In this document: piece after piece, positions 1 through 13,910 of the stretch
Layout: the number at the start of each line of letters is the position of its first letter
How positions within the stretch are numbered: the stretch's first letter is position 1
Assembly: GCA_964016885.1 (NCBI GenBank)
Contig: OZ024741.1
Span: 91,574,001-91,638,000 of the forward strand
Reading direction: 5' to 3'
Source: Eledone cirrhosa
Lineage: Eukaryota
DNA length: 64,000 nucleotides
Made by a program: the position numbers and the translations under genes
Notes under the pieces: model-generated
Database searches by the model: none
The model's input: the letters and a program-made list of their open reading frames with translations, nothing else
What the model was told of the DNA's origin: nothing

Positions 1-763
1 TCAACCTTGAAAAGGAAAATTTGACCGTAGCGAGTAAAGAGCCGGAACGAATACCGCAAGGCATTTTGGCCAACATTCTTACAGTAAATCGGCCGTTGCA
101 GATATATCACCTCTTGGCATATCGATGGACGCGTTACTGTTATCAATGGTTAGATTTTTCAGCTAATTATCGCCAAGCTGTGAGAGGTCCAGTCACGCTG
201 ACATGTGTCCGTTAGTCAGACGCTTTATTTCGCGTGGCTCTAATACACTTAGCTGGAGAAAAATAGTGTTATCTCTTATTGAAAGTGACAGTTTTGTCAC
301 ACAATGTCTCACGCTGAATCTCCCTGAGAACTACATTCAGAGTATACATTATGTGAAATGTTCAACCATTTGACACGCTAGTTTTACTACCTGGCTGTTT
401 TGTTGTTCCAATTACCTTTAAACTCAGAATGCAGAAAGCTAGAATAAATACCACAAAAGAATCTATCGTTCTCACAACTCTGACAGTTCACCACCAAGGC
501 ATCAATTTATTTTTAACTATATAGGGTATGAATTTATTTATTCAGAAATAAAAGGATAAAATAAAATGGAAGAGAAATATAAAATATCAAAGTAAAATTA
601 TATTCAAAATTTTTTAAATCACGTTCTATCGATATTTATATTTCAAAAATAAAATTTGAATTGTGTATGGAATATGTGTGAGGTCAATTGAAGGTTGAAT
701 AATATGAATGTAGTACGATGTGAAATATTTTATACTCACGTTATTTTGAGGAAAATGAGAGAT

Positions 764-810
<47 letters not shown>

Positions 811-867
811 ATAAACCGCCATTCAGTAATACATGCACATACATACATACATTCCCACACGTTAATC

Positions 868-1060
868 ATAATGGTTTCTTATATAGGCACAAGGCCAGTA
901 ATTTGGGGGGAGGGAAATGTCGATTAAATCGACTCCAGTGGGTGACTGGTATTTTATTTTATCGACCCCCGTAAGGATGAAAGGCAAAGTTAACCTCGGT
1001 TGCAACTCTATGCTGCAAAGCATGTTGTCCGACGCTCTACCGATACTGTCAATCCGATAC
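868..1060 (-). mobile_element. SINE family A, long variant (further old copies near 2322-2520, 3020-3420, 7700-7850, 13165-13300, 41340-41502, 59812-59910 and 60055-60220)
   Basis: GGCACAAGGCCAG..GTCGATTAAATCGAC..GATGAAAGGCAAAGTTAACCTCGG. Confidence 0.82.
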
Positions 1061-3757
1061 CTTACACACGTTTATCATACTGCACACTATCGTTAATAAT
1101 TGTAAGTCTACTGAAACAGGTAGGTGTGTGTATGCATGTGTGTGTGCGCGCGCGTGCGTGCGTGCTTGCGTGCGTGTGCGTGTGCGTGCGTATTTGTGTG
1201 TTTGCGTGTTGTATGTCCATTGTTTTCGACTGAGAATGACCAGTTATTCGATCAACGGAACAGCCTGCTCATTAAATTAACGAGCAAGTGACTAAGCATT
1301 TAACAAACATGTGTACCCTTAACGTAATTCTCCGTGAGATTCAGCGTGATATAGTGTGTGAAAAAGCAGGCCCTTCGAATTACAGGTGCAACTCGGTTTT
1401 TCCCCAGTGGAGTCAACGTTAAATATTGTGCCTGGCTCAAGGACGCATCGCGCTGTCGGGTTCGTGAATCGAACTTAACACTCTAAACATTAAACCACTT
1501 GAATTCACTTGAGACAACTATATGGTCAAAAACTGTTCTATAATTAAATATAGTTTATACTCTGTGCTATATTTAAATAATTGATTGAAACTATCATGAT
1601 AGTAATCATGCTAGAGAACCCAACACAGTTTTATTTAAATTAATGAATGTGGCGAACTAACAGATGTGGGCATAGAGGTGTTGTACCAGACAGTCTATTT
1701 TAAATTCATTTGAATTAATTCAACTCCCGTAGGTTATCTCCCCTTCCGGCTCTCTTAACCAAAGTTTGTCATTAAGATGGTTCTTCTCACCATAGGGGTA
1801 ATTTTTAATTAATCAAATTTTATTGGCTCATTACATTATGTATGATAGCGTACGGCTTCTGGAGTCGTTAATGCGTCGAATTAAATGAAACAGTATCTAT
1901 TACGGATCCCTGCGCTCTGAGTTCAAATCCCGCTAAAGTTGACTTTCCTACTCCTTTCAAGGTTGATTAACAAATTACCAGTCCAGGTGTAGTAAATTGA
2001 TAAAATCGTTAAAAGCTTTGGTTTGCATGCTTTGAGGTCTCTTCCTGCTATGTGTTCTGTGATCAAATTGCACCGGCTTCCATCACCAGAAATCAGTGAC
2101 GCTTCTGCCAGGAATTACCAACGGAAGATAATATGCCCCTTTCCGCAGTAAGCTGTCCTCTCGTGGGAAGTAATTAGCGATCACAAGTATTCTCAAACGC
2201 CAACTGAAATATGTTCGTGACGTTTCTTACTTTGCAATTTGAACATTTCTTAATCGTTATTTCTGTTTACAATGCGAGGACATTATTTATTAAGCAAATT
2301 AAAATATTATTAGATATTGTTTTCTAATTTAGGCACAAGGTCAGTGATTTAGCGGGAAGGGTGGAAAAGTATTTTAAATTGACTTCGGTATTTGACTGGT
2401 ACATTATTTTACCTATCCATAAAAGATGAAAGGCAAAGTAAAGCTCGGCGGGATTTGAACTCAGAACGTAGAGAGCCATAATAAATACAGCATACGCATT
2501 TTATCCGACGCTCTACCAAGTCTTCCAAGGAAGGACATATATTCCGAATACCAGAGTGATGAATAGCCAGAACTGTAATGATGTGGGTTCAACGAGAGGA
2601 AAGATAAAGTTGAAAACCAAAGACGTGATTCAATAATTTCAAAGACTTTAAACAGCTTAAAACTACGTTGAAAGTTCCTAAAATCTGCAATGTTTTCTAC
2701 CATAACCTTGACTCAACCAAACATTTTTGAGTGCAGTTTGGTAGATGGAACTATGAAGAAGCCGACTGGACGTATCATTCCTGTTTGGTGTTAGACTTAA
2801 TCTGTAACCAAGTTTATCACGATACTCGGAGCCATTTGCAGAATATACTTAATTACAAATATTCTCGCTAAGTCTCCGGTTTCAGTTCAATTTATTTCCT
2901 TCCTCCCACAATCCGTGCAAACCTGAAAAAAATCATGAACGCTATCGTTAATCCTTTCCTTAACCATTTATAAAGGTTTTTCATGAATCCTTCTGACGTC
3001 ATTTCAGGTTAGTTATAAGGGTTTCTGATTTAGGTACAAGATCAGCTGTTTTGGGAAGAAAAATTGATTATAACGGTTCCATTGCTTGCCTGATTGACCC
3101 CAAAAGATTGAAAGGCAAAGTTGAGCTCAGTGGAATTTGAACTCAGAACATAATGAGCCGGAACAAATACTGCAAGGAATTTTGTTCGACGCCTTTAGGG
3201 TGAAAATGATAAGGCTTTTAATTTAGACACAAGACCAGCAATTTTGTGGGAGAGAGTAAAGTCGACTATATCGATCCTGATAATTTATTTTCTGAAACCC
3301 TACAAGTATGAAAGTCAAATGTGATTGCGGCAAGATTGAACCTTGAATGTAATAGGTTGGAATAAATGTTACGAAGAATTTTGTCAGACGCTTTAAATAT
3401 TCTGCTAAGCTATCACCACTTTTATCAAAAACAAAAATAACAGCAAAGATTTGAACTCTTGCACCTATATAAGTAATCAATATATTGCATATTTATACAT
3501 TCAATATGACCCGTTGCCGTGTGGCTGGATGAACCAGATGACAAGATACATTCAGTAGTTTGCTACTGCCATGCAGTAGTGAGTGTTTTTTCTGTCTGTT
3601 GACTCATAGCGCTAGTAGTATGGCGGTTTCATTTTAATTCTACTACTAACTATATACAGTAGCAACTACATCAATTATTAATGACGTCACTTGTACTGTG
3701 TTAAATGTCATTATGATACGAGTCGTCATAAAACTTGTTTGTCTGGTCGGTTATGAA

Positions 3758-4035
3758 GGGGCGTTGTTAAGTTGTTAGGGTATTTGATTCCCGATCGCAA
3801 GGTCGTGAGTTCGAATACTGACAACGAATTGCGGATTGTTTCTTTCAGCAGGGCACTTTATTGCGTATTTCAGTTCACTTACTTGGCAAAAATCATTTGT
3901 ACCTTTAATTCAAAGAAGGGTCAAGCTTGTGATACACTGCGTCGCAGAATTTCTTTGAGAATTCCGTTATGGTTACATGTTTGCCGAATGATCAGGCACA
4001 TGCACGAGCAGGCTATTCCGTTAGGGAAAGATCTA
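3758..4035 (+). mobile_element. tRNA-derived SINE family B (older; other copies near 250-400, 1237-1500, 6830-7105, 8010-8260, 28130-28300, 30955-31050, 39700-39850 and 43752-43845)
   Basis: Head GTTAGGGT.TT.G..TC.CGATCG.AAGGTCGTGAGTTCGA, CORE-like CTTGAGCAAG.CACT motif in sibling copies, and a shared 3' GAGCAGGCTGTTCCGTTGATC. Confidence 0.7.
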
Positions 4036-4668
4036 GAATGCACATCATAGAAACCGACTGAGATCCAACAGACAAAGGCAGTGAGTAAAGGTGTTACTCT
4101 ACAGCGTGATGATGATGGATCCTCCGTCAGTTTTAACAATGGGTATTCAGTCGTTCAATCATCTGAACCTTCACTCATTAACGTACCTTAGTGGTTGATT
4201 TTCCCGCAGGCATTAGTATGCCTAAGTGTGACACAATATGTGATGAACCAGGACCTTTGAACTACATGTACACTCCTTCCGACGAGATTCCTCACAGTTT
4301 CCGTCTACGGAATTTCACTCAGTATTTTTGAGTCCACTCAAGACTATAACAAATACACTTGCCCAAGTTGCCACGTAGTAGAATTGAACCAGAAACTGCG
4401 TTCAAATCTTGATGGGGTTGACTCTGCTATTTATATACTTCTATACTATTTCATAAAAGAATAAAATATTAAAGTAGAAACCCAAGACTGTCATTATGAA
4501 TTGTCAGATTTTACTGATAAACTCTTTAGGAACCCTCTTTTTCCACAAGGATCACACCCAAAGCGTTAAAATATTAGCGAACCTTTTAGATTCCAATAAC
4601 AGATTACGAACTCCAATTAGAGATTACAGGTGTAATGTTAATGCTATGCGCCAGTCACTTTATTAGAA

Positions 4669-4960
4669 AAGTGGTTCTCAAAGACCCACATCACGTTCCC
4701 CCTTTGTGTTTCCAGGCTTCCTCAATTCCTCTCCCATTTGTAATTATCATCTAGTAATTTTTCACCATTACTCTTTTATAATTAAAACAATTTATTAAAA
4801 CAAATTATTTTAATTTCTAAAAACTTAATTTCATGGTTGCCCTTAAATTTGGATATTCATTTGATATATACACAATGAACACTATTATTTCTGAGTTTGG
4901 ATTATTGCTCTGGCAAATATTCCTCATCTGGGAGTCAAATCATCCAGTTTGAGAGTAACT
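4669..4960. mobile_element. hAT (Charlie-type) MITE, copy 1
   Basis: Ends AGTGGTTCTCAA / TTGAGAGTAACT; possible 8 bp TSD TATTAGAA/TATTAGAG; similar to 14355-14696. Confidence 0.6.
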
Positions 4961-5504
4961 ATTAGAGCGTTAAGATAGCAAGATAACGTGTTCAGCAGAG
5001 GTACTGCAAAATAAACGAATAATGTGTTCAAAACTATTTATGTTCCAATCTCTTTTCATACAGCCCTATAATTATTCTGTTCAAACCAACGCATTGCTAA
5101 CCAAACTATAAGGCCACCTTTGGTCATGAATAACTATGGGTTTGCACATGGAAAGTCGCAAACGTGGGCAAGGTGTTTTGAGGGAGACTAACAGTCTCCC
5201 ATATATGCAAGTTTCCTTTTTCCACGAGACCGATGTTATCCAAAGGAAAACTAAAGTCAGATATATCTTGGCACTAGTGATATTGAAGTTCCTTTTTTCC
5301 AGTTTAATGGAGAAATGTGCTTACTCAAGGACACAACATGCCACCCAGTCTGGAAAACGAATTCACGATCAAGGGTACAGCATCCAACGCACATTTAAAT
5401 ACTGTATATGGCAGTCCTAGTATTTAATTAACCTTATAACCAAGCGTTTTATAATAAAAGGTATTCTAACCGCGACCATTTCCATCGGTATTACTAGAAC
5501 AACA

Positions 5505-5695
5505 GGTGGATTGGCAGTATCGGTAGAGGGTCGGACGCTATGCTTTGACGCATAGAGTTACGGCCCTTGCCATTCTGAGTTCGAATCTCGCCGAGGTTAA
5601 CGTTGCCTTTCATCCTTACGGGGGTCGATAAAATAAAGCACCAGTAATGCACTGGGTAATTGCTGGCCTTGTGCCAAAAAGTAGAAACAATTATT
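5505..5695 (+). mobile_element. tRNA-derived SINE family A (Nin/Deu-domain type), short variant
   Basis: A box TGGCAGTATCGG, B box GTTCGAATC, core GCCTTTCATCC..GGGGTCGATAAAATAAAG.ACCAG, tail GGCCTTGTGCC..AGTAGAAAC-ATT. Confidence 0.9.
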
Positions 5696-7402
5696 TGTAT
5701 CTATCTAATGTATACTTTAAAGGCGAATTAGTTCTTATTTCCAGCAAGTCAAGCAAACATATACAGTGTCTTTTTGGGGGCTTCTCTTTCCCTCTCCCTC
5801 TCGTCTGTATTATCAACAGAATCTCATTTAAAAAGAAACAAATTTACACGACTAAGAATCATTGTACAAATTATACTGGAAGAGTGAGTGAGTGTGAGTG
5901 TATGTGTGTGTGTCTGGAAGAGTGAGTGAGAGTGAGTGTGGGTGTGTGTTGCGTGTGTGTTGGGGGTGAGTTAGAGGAATACAGAGAATATGTCAATGAA
6001 CGGAACGTATAAGATAAATTTCCTTAATAAGGTTTCATTCAGAAATATTAGAAATATCGAGATAATTGTCGTTACAACATGTCAGAAAAGGCTTGTTTTC
6101 CAGACGGAGTATGATATATATGTATTACATCTGTCTGGCTTCATTTACTATTTACCACGTGAAAAGATACCTCACTACACTATTTTATGAGGAAAACAAA
6201 CATTTAGATCGAAAAACGTACTCATCTTCAAATTAGAGACTTTTCTAGACAAGACACAATATATAGATTATTTCTGATTTTAGATTCGCTACTAGAACAT
6301 TTTGAGTTTAAATTTTGTAGGTGTAAATGTTGTACTTCTATGGTAAGTGACTTGATCTGAGACCGTGTGTTGAATCTAATAATTTCCGTGGAACAGTTAT
6401 GTTTGCCATTAAAAAGTAGATCATTAGATCGGACCAAGGAAACAATGTTTTGTCCTTTGTTTCTAACTTCCATTGTATTGGCTTTCCTAAAACAATCATA
6501 ACCACATTTTTCACAGTACTTAATATAAATTATAATTTCTTTTTTAATTTCGTACAGAAATCCACCAGTGATACCTTTAAGGATAGCAGTAGTTGGCTAT
6601 TAAAAATGCACGCTATATATTTTATTAAGGAGAATTATTATCTCTATCCAAATCCCTAAGTTTGTTCACGTTATTCCGAGAGAGCAACGATATCAGGTAT
6701 TGTGTTTAGTATTTCATATAATGTTGGCGGATTCTTCACTATCTTTATCTCTGATTTGATGAAGAAAAGAGAGAGCCCCTTCGGACTTGATTGATCATGG
6801 GTTTTACACCTACATCTGACTGAAGGTGGGCATGTTTCTCCGGAGCACAAGCTTCAAGTGGATGTTTTGTGAAAGACCTTAGGTTGCTCGTGCATGCACG
6901 TCTCCCACTCCACTACACAGGAAAAGCAAAGGACGATATAGTTTGTCATAAGTGTCATTGAAACTCATTTTTTCCATCTGAGAGGGCTACAGTAACGTAA
7001 ATATAAAGTATCTTGCTCGAAGACAACACGTACGCTCTAATTAGGAAATCGAACTCGCAACATTACAATCGTGAGACGAACAAGATTCTAACTACAAAGC
7101 CAGGATAAATTTCATAGATCAGAGTGGATGATGAATATTTTTCACGATTCTCAGTAAATAATCTGCTTACATGTAAATCTATACTTATTAAACCAAATTT
7201 GATAAAAGATGCTCGGATTTAAATTTATACTTCGATAAAGATAAATAGTAATTCGAACACTTTTAATGTGATAAAAGTTAGCTAATTGCTTTATGCTTCG
7301 CAACGTTAGAAAAATACTGATCTACATTGAATGATTAAATATTTATTAAGCTATTATAGGCTGAACAGAAATATATTTCTATGGTTACGTTATATTTATG
7401 CA

Positions 7403-7692
7403 CATCTCAGCGTATATTAGAAAATCTAAGTTAAATTTAATGTAGGTATAATTATCGTTTATAAATTGCGCAACATCATATCAATACACAATATAGCGTA
7501 TATTTGAAATTTAAGTATTTAATGTATGTCTAATTACAATTTATAGGTTTCGCTATGTCATTTTTACACACACTTCAGCTTATATTAGAAAATCGAAGTA
7601 AAATCTAATGTGTGTCTAACTACAATTTATAAGATTTACTACGTCCTATCTATACAAAATACAGAGTATATTAGAACATCCTAGTTCAATTT
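7403..7692 (+). repeat. Degenerate ~85 bp minisatellite, about 3.3 units
   Basis: AGCGTATATTAGAAAATC.AAGT recurs near 7408, 7494, 7576 and 7662. Confidence 0.7.
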
Positions 7693-8797
7693 GCAGAGCC
7701 GATGGAAAGTGGGATAGAATGCGTGGCGATATACGTTCCGGCTACTTATGGTCTGAGTTCTAAATCCAACCATGGTCAAATTTGTCTTTCATCCTTTCGA
7801 AGTCAATACATAAACTACTAGTCCAGTACTCGAGTCGATTTCTTTTCTTTCCCGCTTCCTTTCTCAGACTATTTCTCTGGAAGACGCCATCTGTGTTTAG
7901 CCCTGAAAAGGGTCTCCACCAGATATAAATGCCCATATACTACGGTGCCCCTACGACAATCTAGATTTAAGTGCCCATGGCATAGCATTATACAAGTAGA
8001 TATAATACAATACGTAGCGTCAGGTTGTGAGTTCGATTTCTGGACGTGTGGTGCGTTGTTACCTTGAGCAAGACACAATTTTACGTTGTGACGTTAACGG
8101 TGCTAAGCTGCATCTGTCTTTGGACAATAACGGTGGTGAGGAGAAAAGGCGACTGTGTGCATGGAAGACTGTTGGTCTTTCACAAAAACACCTTGCCCGG
8201 GCTTGTGCCTTAGGGGCGAACTTTCTAGGTACAAATATATAGTGGTTTAAGACAAGCGAGGCCTACATTATAAAGCAACATAAAACCATTACATAAGTCA
8301 ACATGAACGAAATATGGAAAGATAAAAATATAAGAAAAATTATAACAAGTAATATAGAAATGTATTTATACTAGGTCACCTTAGATTTGGATAAACTGCT
8401 TCATGTATCATTAACGGATGAAAATATCATTACATTCAATTTTATCTTGTTTGTGTGTAGCAGGAAGTGGGGTGGCGGAACTATAGTAATGATGTTTATT
8501 TGTTGTAATTGTTATTTTTTGTTTATTTCATCAAGGAAAACGTAATCTGTTCGGAAAATCCATTTAAAGTAATGTTTATTGATTTTTGATATTTAGAATT
8601 TATTTGATGAACAACATTTACAACACGAACAGATTAATTCAGGAAGTGATGGTGGTGTTGTTGGTAGTGATGGTGTGGTGGTGTAGTGATGGTGTTGAGG
8701 TGCTGTTGTTGGCGGTGTGGTGATTGTGGTGTTGTGTGCGTGTGCGTGTGCGTATGTGTGTGTGTGTTTGCGCGCGCGTGCGCACGTGTGTAAATAT

Positions 8798-8950
8798 AGC
8801 ATGGCCAAATGGTGAAGGAATTCACTTGGCAGTCATTAGGCCCCAGGTTCGCATTGCTGGGGATCTAGAGTAAGCGATATTTACAGTAGATTCCTGTCGA
8901 ATCCAAAACTTAGTGGGTGAATGGATAGATGGAAACTATTTGGAAGCACG
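8798..8950 (+). mobile_element. tRNA-derived SINE family C (others near 4270-4400, 11650-11748, 23100-23245, 26945-27085 and 29350-29405)
   Basis: Shared 3' GTGAGTG.ATTTGGTAGA.GGAAACTG..GAAGC motif and a tRNA-like head. Confidence 0.55.
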
Positions 8951-9325
8951 TATCTATAATACTAAGGACATGAGAAAACTATGTATGTTTATGCATGAAT
9001 GTCTGGCTGTGTATGTATTTACATATACACCGCTATAAAACGTCATTGTCTGTTCTGTTCGACTAAATGGTATTGATGTAATATGTAGCAGCTTACTTTA
9101 AAATAAGTCGTGAGATCGATGCTATCAATTAAATTCTTGAAGGCGGTGCTCCAGCCTGGGCGCAGTTAATTGCCAGGAACCAGTAAAAGAATAGGAAAAA
9201 CAAAACAGTCTTATTCAATCGATGTTGCGTTTAAGTCAGTGTTCCAATATTGATTGTTTTTACTTTTCGGAATCACTACATTTTGATTATATATATATAT
9301 ATATATTATTTATATATATATATCA

Positions 9326-9727
9326 GATAGAGTGTGGTAAAATACCAGGTGAACCATAACCCACCAGAGTACTCGATACTTAGGGTAGTAGAGTGCGTAA
9401 TATGAAAAGATTCAGGACTCCAACGGCTGAGCTCCGGCCGTTTCGACAGCTAGATCCGAACTGTCTTTCTATGTCATCTTTTATTTCTCATTCTGTCTTC
9501 TGATGAAGGACTAGTGTCCGAAACATAATGACTCTTTTCCTACTATATCAAGCGTTAAACTTACATATTTCCTCATTGTACTGTATTATTTGCTTTGTTC
9601 TTTCCGGGTATTTTTTGCACATTATATATATATATATATATAAATTATTAAAATAACAGATTAAAGTTTAAGCAAAGAATTGCTGCTTTCACCCTTAACG
9701 GGAAGTCTTCACATTTTTTATTATTAC

Positions 9728-9759
<32 letters not shown>

Positions 9760-9900
9760 GCAAAAAATACCAGGAAACACCGCAAACGACACAGTACAAT
9801 GAGGAAATATATAAGTTTAACACTTGATATAGTAGAAAAAGAGTCATTACGTTTCGGACACTAGACGATAGAATGAGAAATAAAAGATGAAATAGAAAGA
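9326..9900. mobile_element. Penelope-derived repeat cluster with inverted copies (9464-9620 and 9758-9900) and a hammerhead core
   Basis: CTGATGA-A-GGAC-TAGT-GTCC-GAAAC at 9500-9524; the inverted second copy retains GAAACGTA. Embedded in TA runs. Confidence 0.6.
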
Positions 9901-12339
9901 TAGAGAGTGAGAAGGAGGAAGGAATAGGAAAACAAAGCTTGCATATTCAGTCATCCTTTTAAGGGAAAAATATAGTATACTCTATTGGCCATAACTTGCT
10001 ATCTTACATATAGCGTGTTTTAATATTACTATCTTACAGGTGTGTTTTAATGTTACTTGAGTGAAAACTTTGTATTCATTATGAGGCAGGCAAACGGAAA
10101 GGAAGTGTACTTCTCTCCTTTTATTGCGCATGAGTAACCGGAATACTCAATAGAAAGATTGATAATACATATAGATATACCATAATTGAAGGCTATAAGT
10201 TGACCATAATATACGTTAGATTCTGCTGAGGCTGTTTCTATTGGTGACTATCCTAAGGATGTGTTAACTGATTATTATAATCTATGTACTGTACATTATC
10301 GCAAAATATGGTTGTACACCTACAAAATACCTAGTAAACCATACTCATTGATGATTTCCATAGCATTGTATTAAGTGACGACTATAATATACATGTGTAT
10401 TATATTTTTAAACACATTCTGCAAAGTACCTTAGGAAATCGTACTCAACGCTCCTGTCCGCCATTTGCATCAGTGGCATAAATGAACAGCCACTGGCGCC
10501 ACCAATCTATGTTGCCTACTATGAAACTTTTTAACAATATGCCCATAAAAATTCACGTTGCATTCCTACAGTCCAAGTGGATCCTAAGTTTTGGAAAATT
10601 TTCTACGGATTAAAATACACTACAATTAAAGCTTCCCAATGACAGCCACTGAGACAAACACTGACAAGTATTGTTAAAATATAAACATCAGTGGCCACTA
10701 TCACATGCTACTACAATCACCTCCAAATACCACACCACAATCTTTACAATTACAGTAACACTATACTGGTAAGTGAGTGAGAGGGGGAGTGGAGGAGTTA
10801 GTACCACTTCTTTATCACAAATTCCAACACACAGTGCAGATCTTTTTATAGACTTGCATACATTTCCTTGGCTATATATTTCCGTGGCTTCTATTCCTGT
10901 CTCACACACAGACAGACTGAGGAACAAAAGACTGACAGCTGTCTTATTTTCTATAGATTTAACTTACTTTGAAAACCAGTACAATTATACATTGGTTTAC
11001 CCTTGAAATAATCTTTTTCAATATGAACAACAACAATAATAATAATTATTATTATTATCATTATAATAATCAATAAAAACAAGGTAAAAAAAAAAAAAAA
11101 AAAAAAAAATCAATAAAAAAACAGCTATCATTCATTGACAATGATAACAATGATGATAACCATAACAGCAGCATCAAAAAGAAAAAAATAACAGAAAAAT
11201 ATACATATATAATTACATACATATACATACGCACATACATACATACATACACACATACACATATAGTTTTGAATTAGAAAATGAAAAATAAACAAACAAG
11301 AAATAATAAAACAATGAAACAAAAGGGAAGCAGTCTGAATTAGACTGAAGAAAAACGCTATGTGGATGTTGAAATCGATTTTTTATCAACATCTATTCGA
11401 TTGATTGATATTGCACTAATAAGAGAAGGTAGAAACCATTTGCTTGTATGCTCCAGTTATTTGAGTGTGACGTTTTAAAGAAATGCGCCGAGGAAAGCTG
11501 TGGAGCTATTCAGCTATGAATAGTAAAGTACTGGATAGTTTCTTAGAAAATAATGTTATTTGGAATGAGGTCTTTTAACAGCTGCTGAAATCACAAAATC
11601 CTGAAAACGAACATTCAGTTAAAGAATCGAATATTTAATCTAAAAACTACTCGTGGCTAAGTAGTTGAGAAATATTCTTCGGAATCATGAGGTTCCAGGT
11701 TTGATCCTATTGCATGGTATCATAGGTAAGATGTTTTATCATAACCTCGGGAGAGAGGGGGAGAGAGAGGGAGAGAGGGGGAGAGAGGGGGAGAGAGGGG
11801 GTGGGGTGCGCGCCCAATTACCAGTACAGGATTGGTACTTTATCGAACTCGAAACTGAAAGAAAAACTGATCTGGACGTGCAGAGAGAGAGAGGGACAAC
11901 ACAGATATATTTGTACATTCTGAAACAATAATACTCATACAATCTAAAACATCCCTCACCCGCTATTTTAATCTACGTATAAACACACAAGATTCAAGAT
12001 TGTTTAGGTGAGAACATCCGACTGTAACAGTTTCTTGAAATATATTTAATGGAGCCATCGATATTTTTATTGTGAAATCTTAGTCTCTGACAAACGTAGT
12101 ATTTAGGTTAGTAGTCGAAGGCGACATCCTGTCGCTCCCGAGACACACGTGACAGGGTTCTGGATACGTCATTTAACTATTCATTGATATATTAATTTTT
12201 CCATCATTGTCCTGTAATCTTTAGTAGTTGAATAAGATGGATCTACCACCTGGTAAAATTCTTATGTATAGAGAGATTGTAATGTTGTATAGAATAAAAC
12301 AGACTAGATTTTTCTAAACAATCCATTAGTACAAACCGA

Positions 12340-12445
12340 GTACAAGTCCAGATATAATTATTGGGGTCGATATGATCGACAAAAATCCCTTCTTCAAAAT
12401 GTTGCCCCAGCATGGCTGCAGTCTAATGACTGAAACCAGCAAAAT
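12340..12445 (+). mobile_element. SINE with CR1-derived tail (also 9100-9195 and 42145-42200)
   Basis: GGGGTCGAT-ATG-ATCGAC followed by TGCCCCAGCATGGC..CAG......GACTGAAAC, matching the LINE 3' end at 57263-57323. Confidence 0.7.
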
Positions 12446-12590
12446 CGTAACCTAGATAAACACATCAAATAACACACATTGACATTTATTTCGATTAAAG
12501 CGTCAACAGTATATTATGATTTTTTAAAATGTTTATCAGTGAACAATATGTTTCGTGAGCAGCTGTTGAATTAGTTGATACATATATAAT

Positions 12591-12778
12591 TGTTTCTACT
12601 TTTTAGGCACAAGGCCAGCAATTACCCAGTGCATTACTGGTACTTTATTTTATCGACGCCGTAAGGATGAAAGGCAAAGTCAACCTCGGCGGGATTTGAA
12701 CTCAGATCGTAAAGGGACGTAACTATGCTGGAAAGCGTGGCGTCCGACCCTCTACCGATACTGCCAATCCACCGCCCT
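12591..12778 (-). mobile_element. SINE family A with 22 bp TSD
   Basis: AATTAGTTGATACATATATAAT is repeated at 12569-12590 and 12779-12800. Confidence 0.92.
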
Positions 12779-13010
12779 AATTAGTTGATACATATATAAT
12801 ATTTGGCAAACACGTAGTCAGTGACAACTTTATTAGCACGACTTCGAATAGTACAGTTCCCAAATTTGTATAAGCGGTTATCATGTGCTCTTAATTTCTA
12901 ATGGAGTCGTAGGTTCGCCTTAGTGACTTACGGCGTATTATGGGTATTTAAACCTGAGGGAGCCCTTCGCCTTCCAGATGTAAACAAAGCCAATTTCGTT
13001 CAGAGAAATA

Positions 13011-13041
<31 letters not shown>

Positions 13042-13613
13042 GGGGGGAGAAAAAGGAAGAGAGAGAAGGAGAGAGGGGATAGAAAGGGAGAGAGAAATGG
13101 AGAGAGAGTGAGAGAGCGAGGGAGAGAGAGAGAGTAAGAGAGGGTGACGGAGATGGAGAGAGAATCAACTCCATGTTGAACTGATACTTTATTTCTCGAC
13201 CACAAAAGGATGAAAGGCAAATTTGACCTCAGAGTGCGGAGTGCTGGAACTAATACTGAAAATCGTTCTATATGGCATTCTAATGACTTTTCCACCTTCA
13301 TAGACGGATATAGTGGATAGAATTGATGCAACATCATGGCTGATATCCAATTTTATCGACTGCAGAGTGAGTTAAACACCAATTCTGCTGGAGTTCGAAA
13401 TTAGGAAAGATAGTGAAAACACCCAAATACTGAGAATACACCAAAATTATGAACTGAGAAATATTCTGGAAGTTGACACTTAATCCCGAAGAACACAATG
13501 TTTATAAACATAAGTAAATATTTCTTGTTAAATTCTGCTGCACTTTTATTTGCTTGGTTTTTAAACGTCTGCCCATATCTGTACAATGGATCAATGCTAA
13601 GTATATTCTTGTA

Positions 13614-13910
13614 AAAGTTGAGAATCCATTATTCGCAATGCTTGGACTCGGAACTATTTCGGATTTCGGTACATTCGTATACTTTGGATTCACTGATACA
13701 ATGGGAGAGCTTAAAGATGGAACCGAAGCCTAAATAGGATATACAGCTTATACATATACCCTGAAGGTAGTTTTATATAAATTACATATATTCTGATGAT
13801 GGTTCATTGTAGAACGTTTCCATTTATGGCGAGTCATGTCAGCATTAGATAGCCTTTCGAAGTTTGGAACTTTTGGGATCTCGGAATTTCGGATATAGGA
13901 CTCTCAACTG
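13614..13910. mobile_element. Tigger4/MER46-like MITE
   Basis: TIR AGTTGAGAATCC..ATTCG / CGGATATAGGACTCTCAACTG-TA, subterminal TTTCGGA repeats, and an internal CCTGAAGGTA.TTTTATA and GTCATGTC.GC like recalled MER46. Confidence 0.7.

Noticed and set aside
2866-2922. Minus-strand acceptor followed by LHGLWEE in phase 1, like a claudin GLW exon 2
   Set aside because: An in-frame TGA follows after about 13 codons, with no donor and no cysteine; probably chance, though junction reads would settle it.
5505-5595. tRNA-like A and B boxes
   Set aside because: These are SINE heads; no complete cloverleaf is present, so no tRNA gene is called.
10200-10540. Protein-like open stretches on the plus strand
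   Set aside because: Short, interrupted by stops, with no clear splice sites or recognisable motif.
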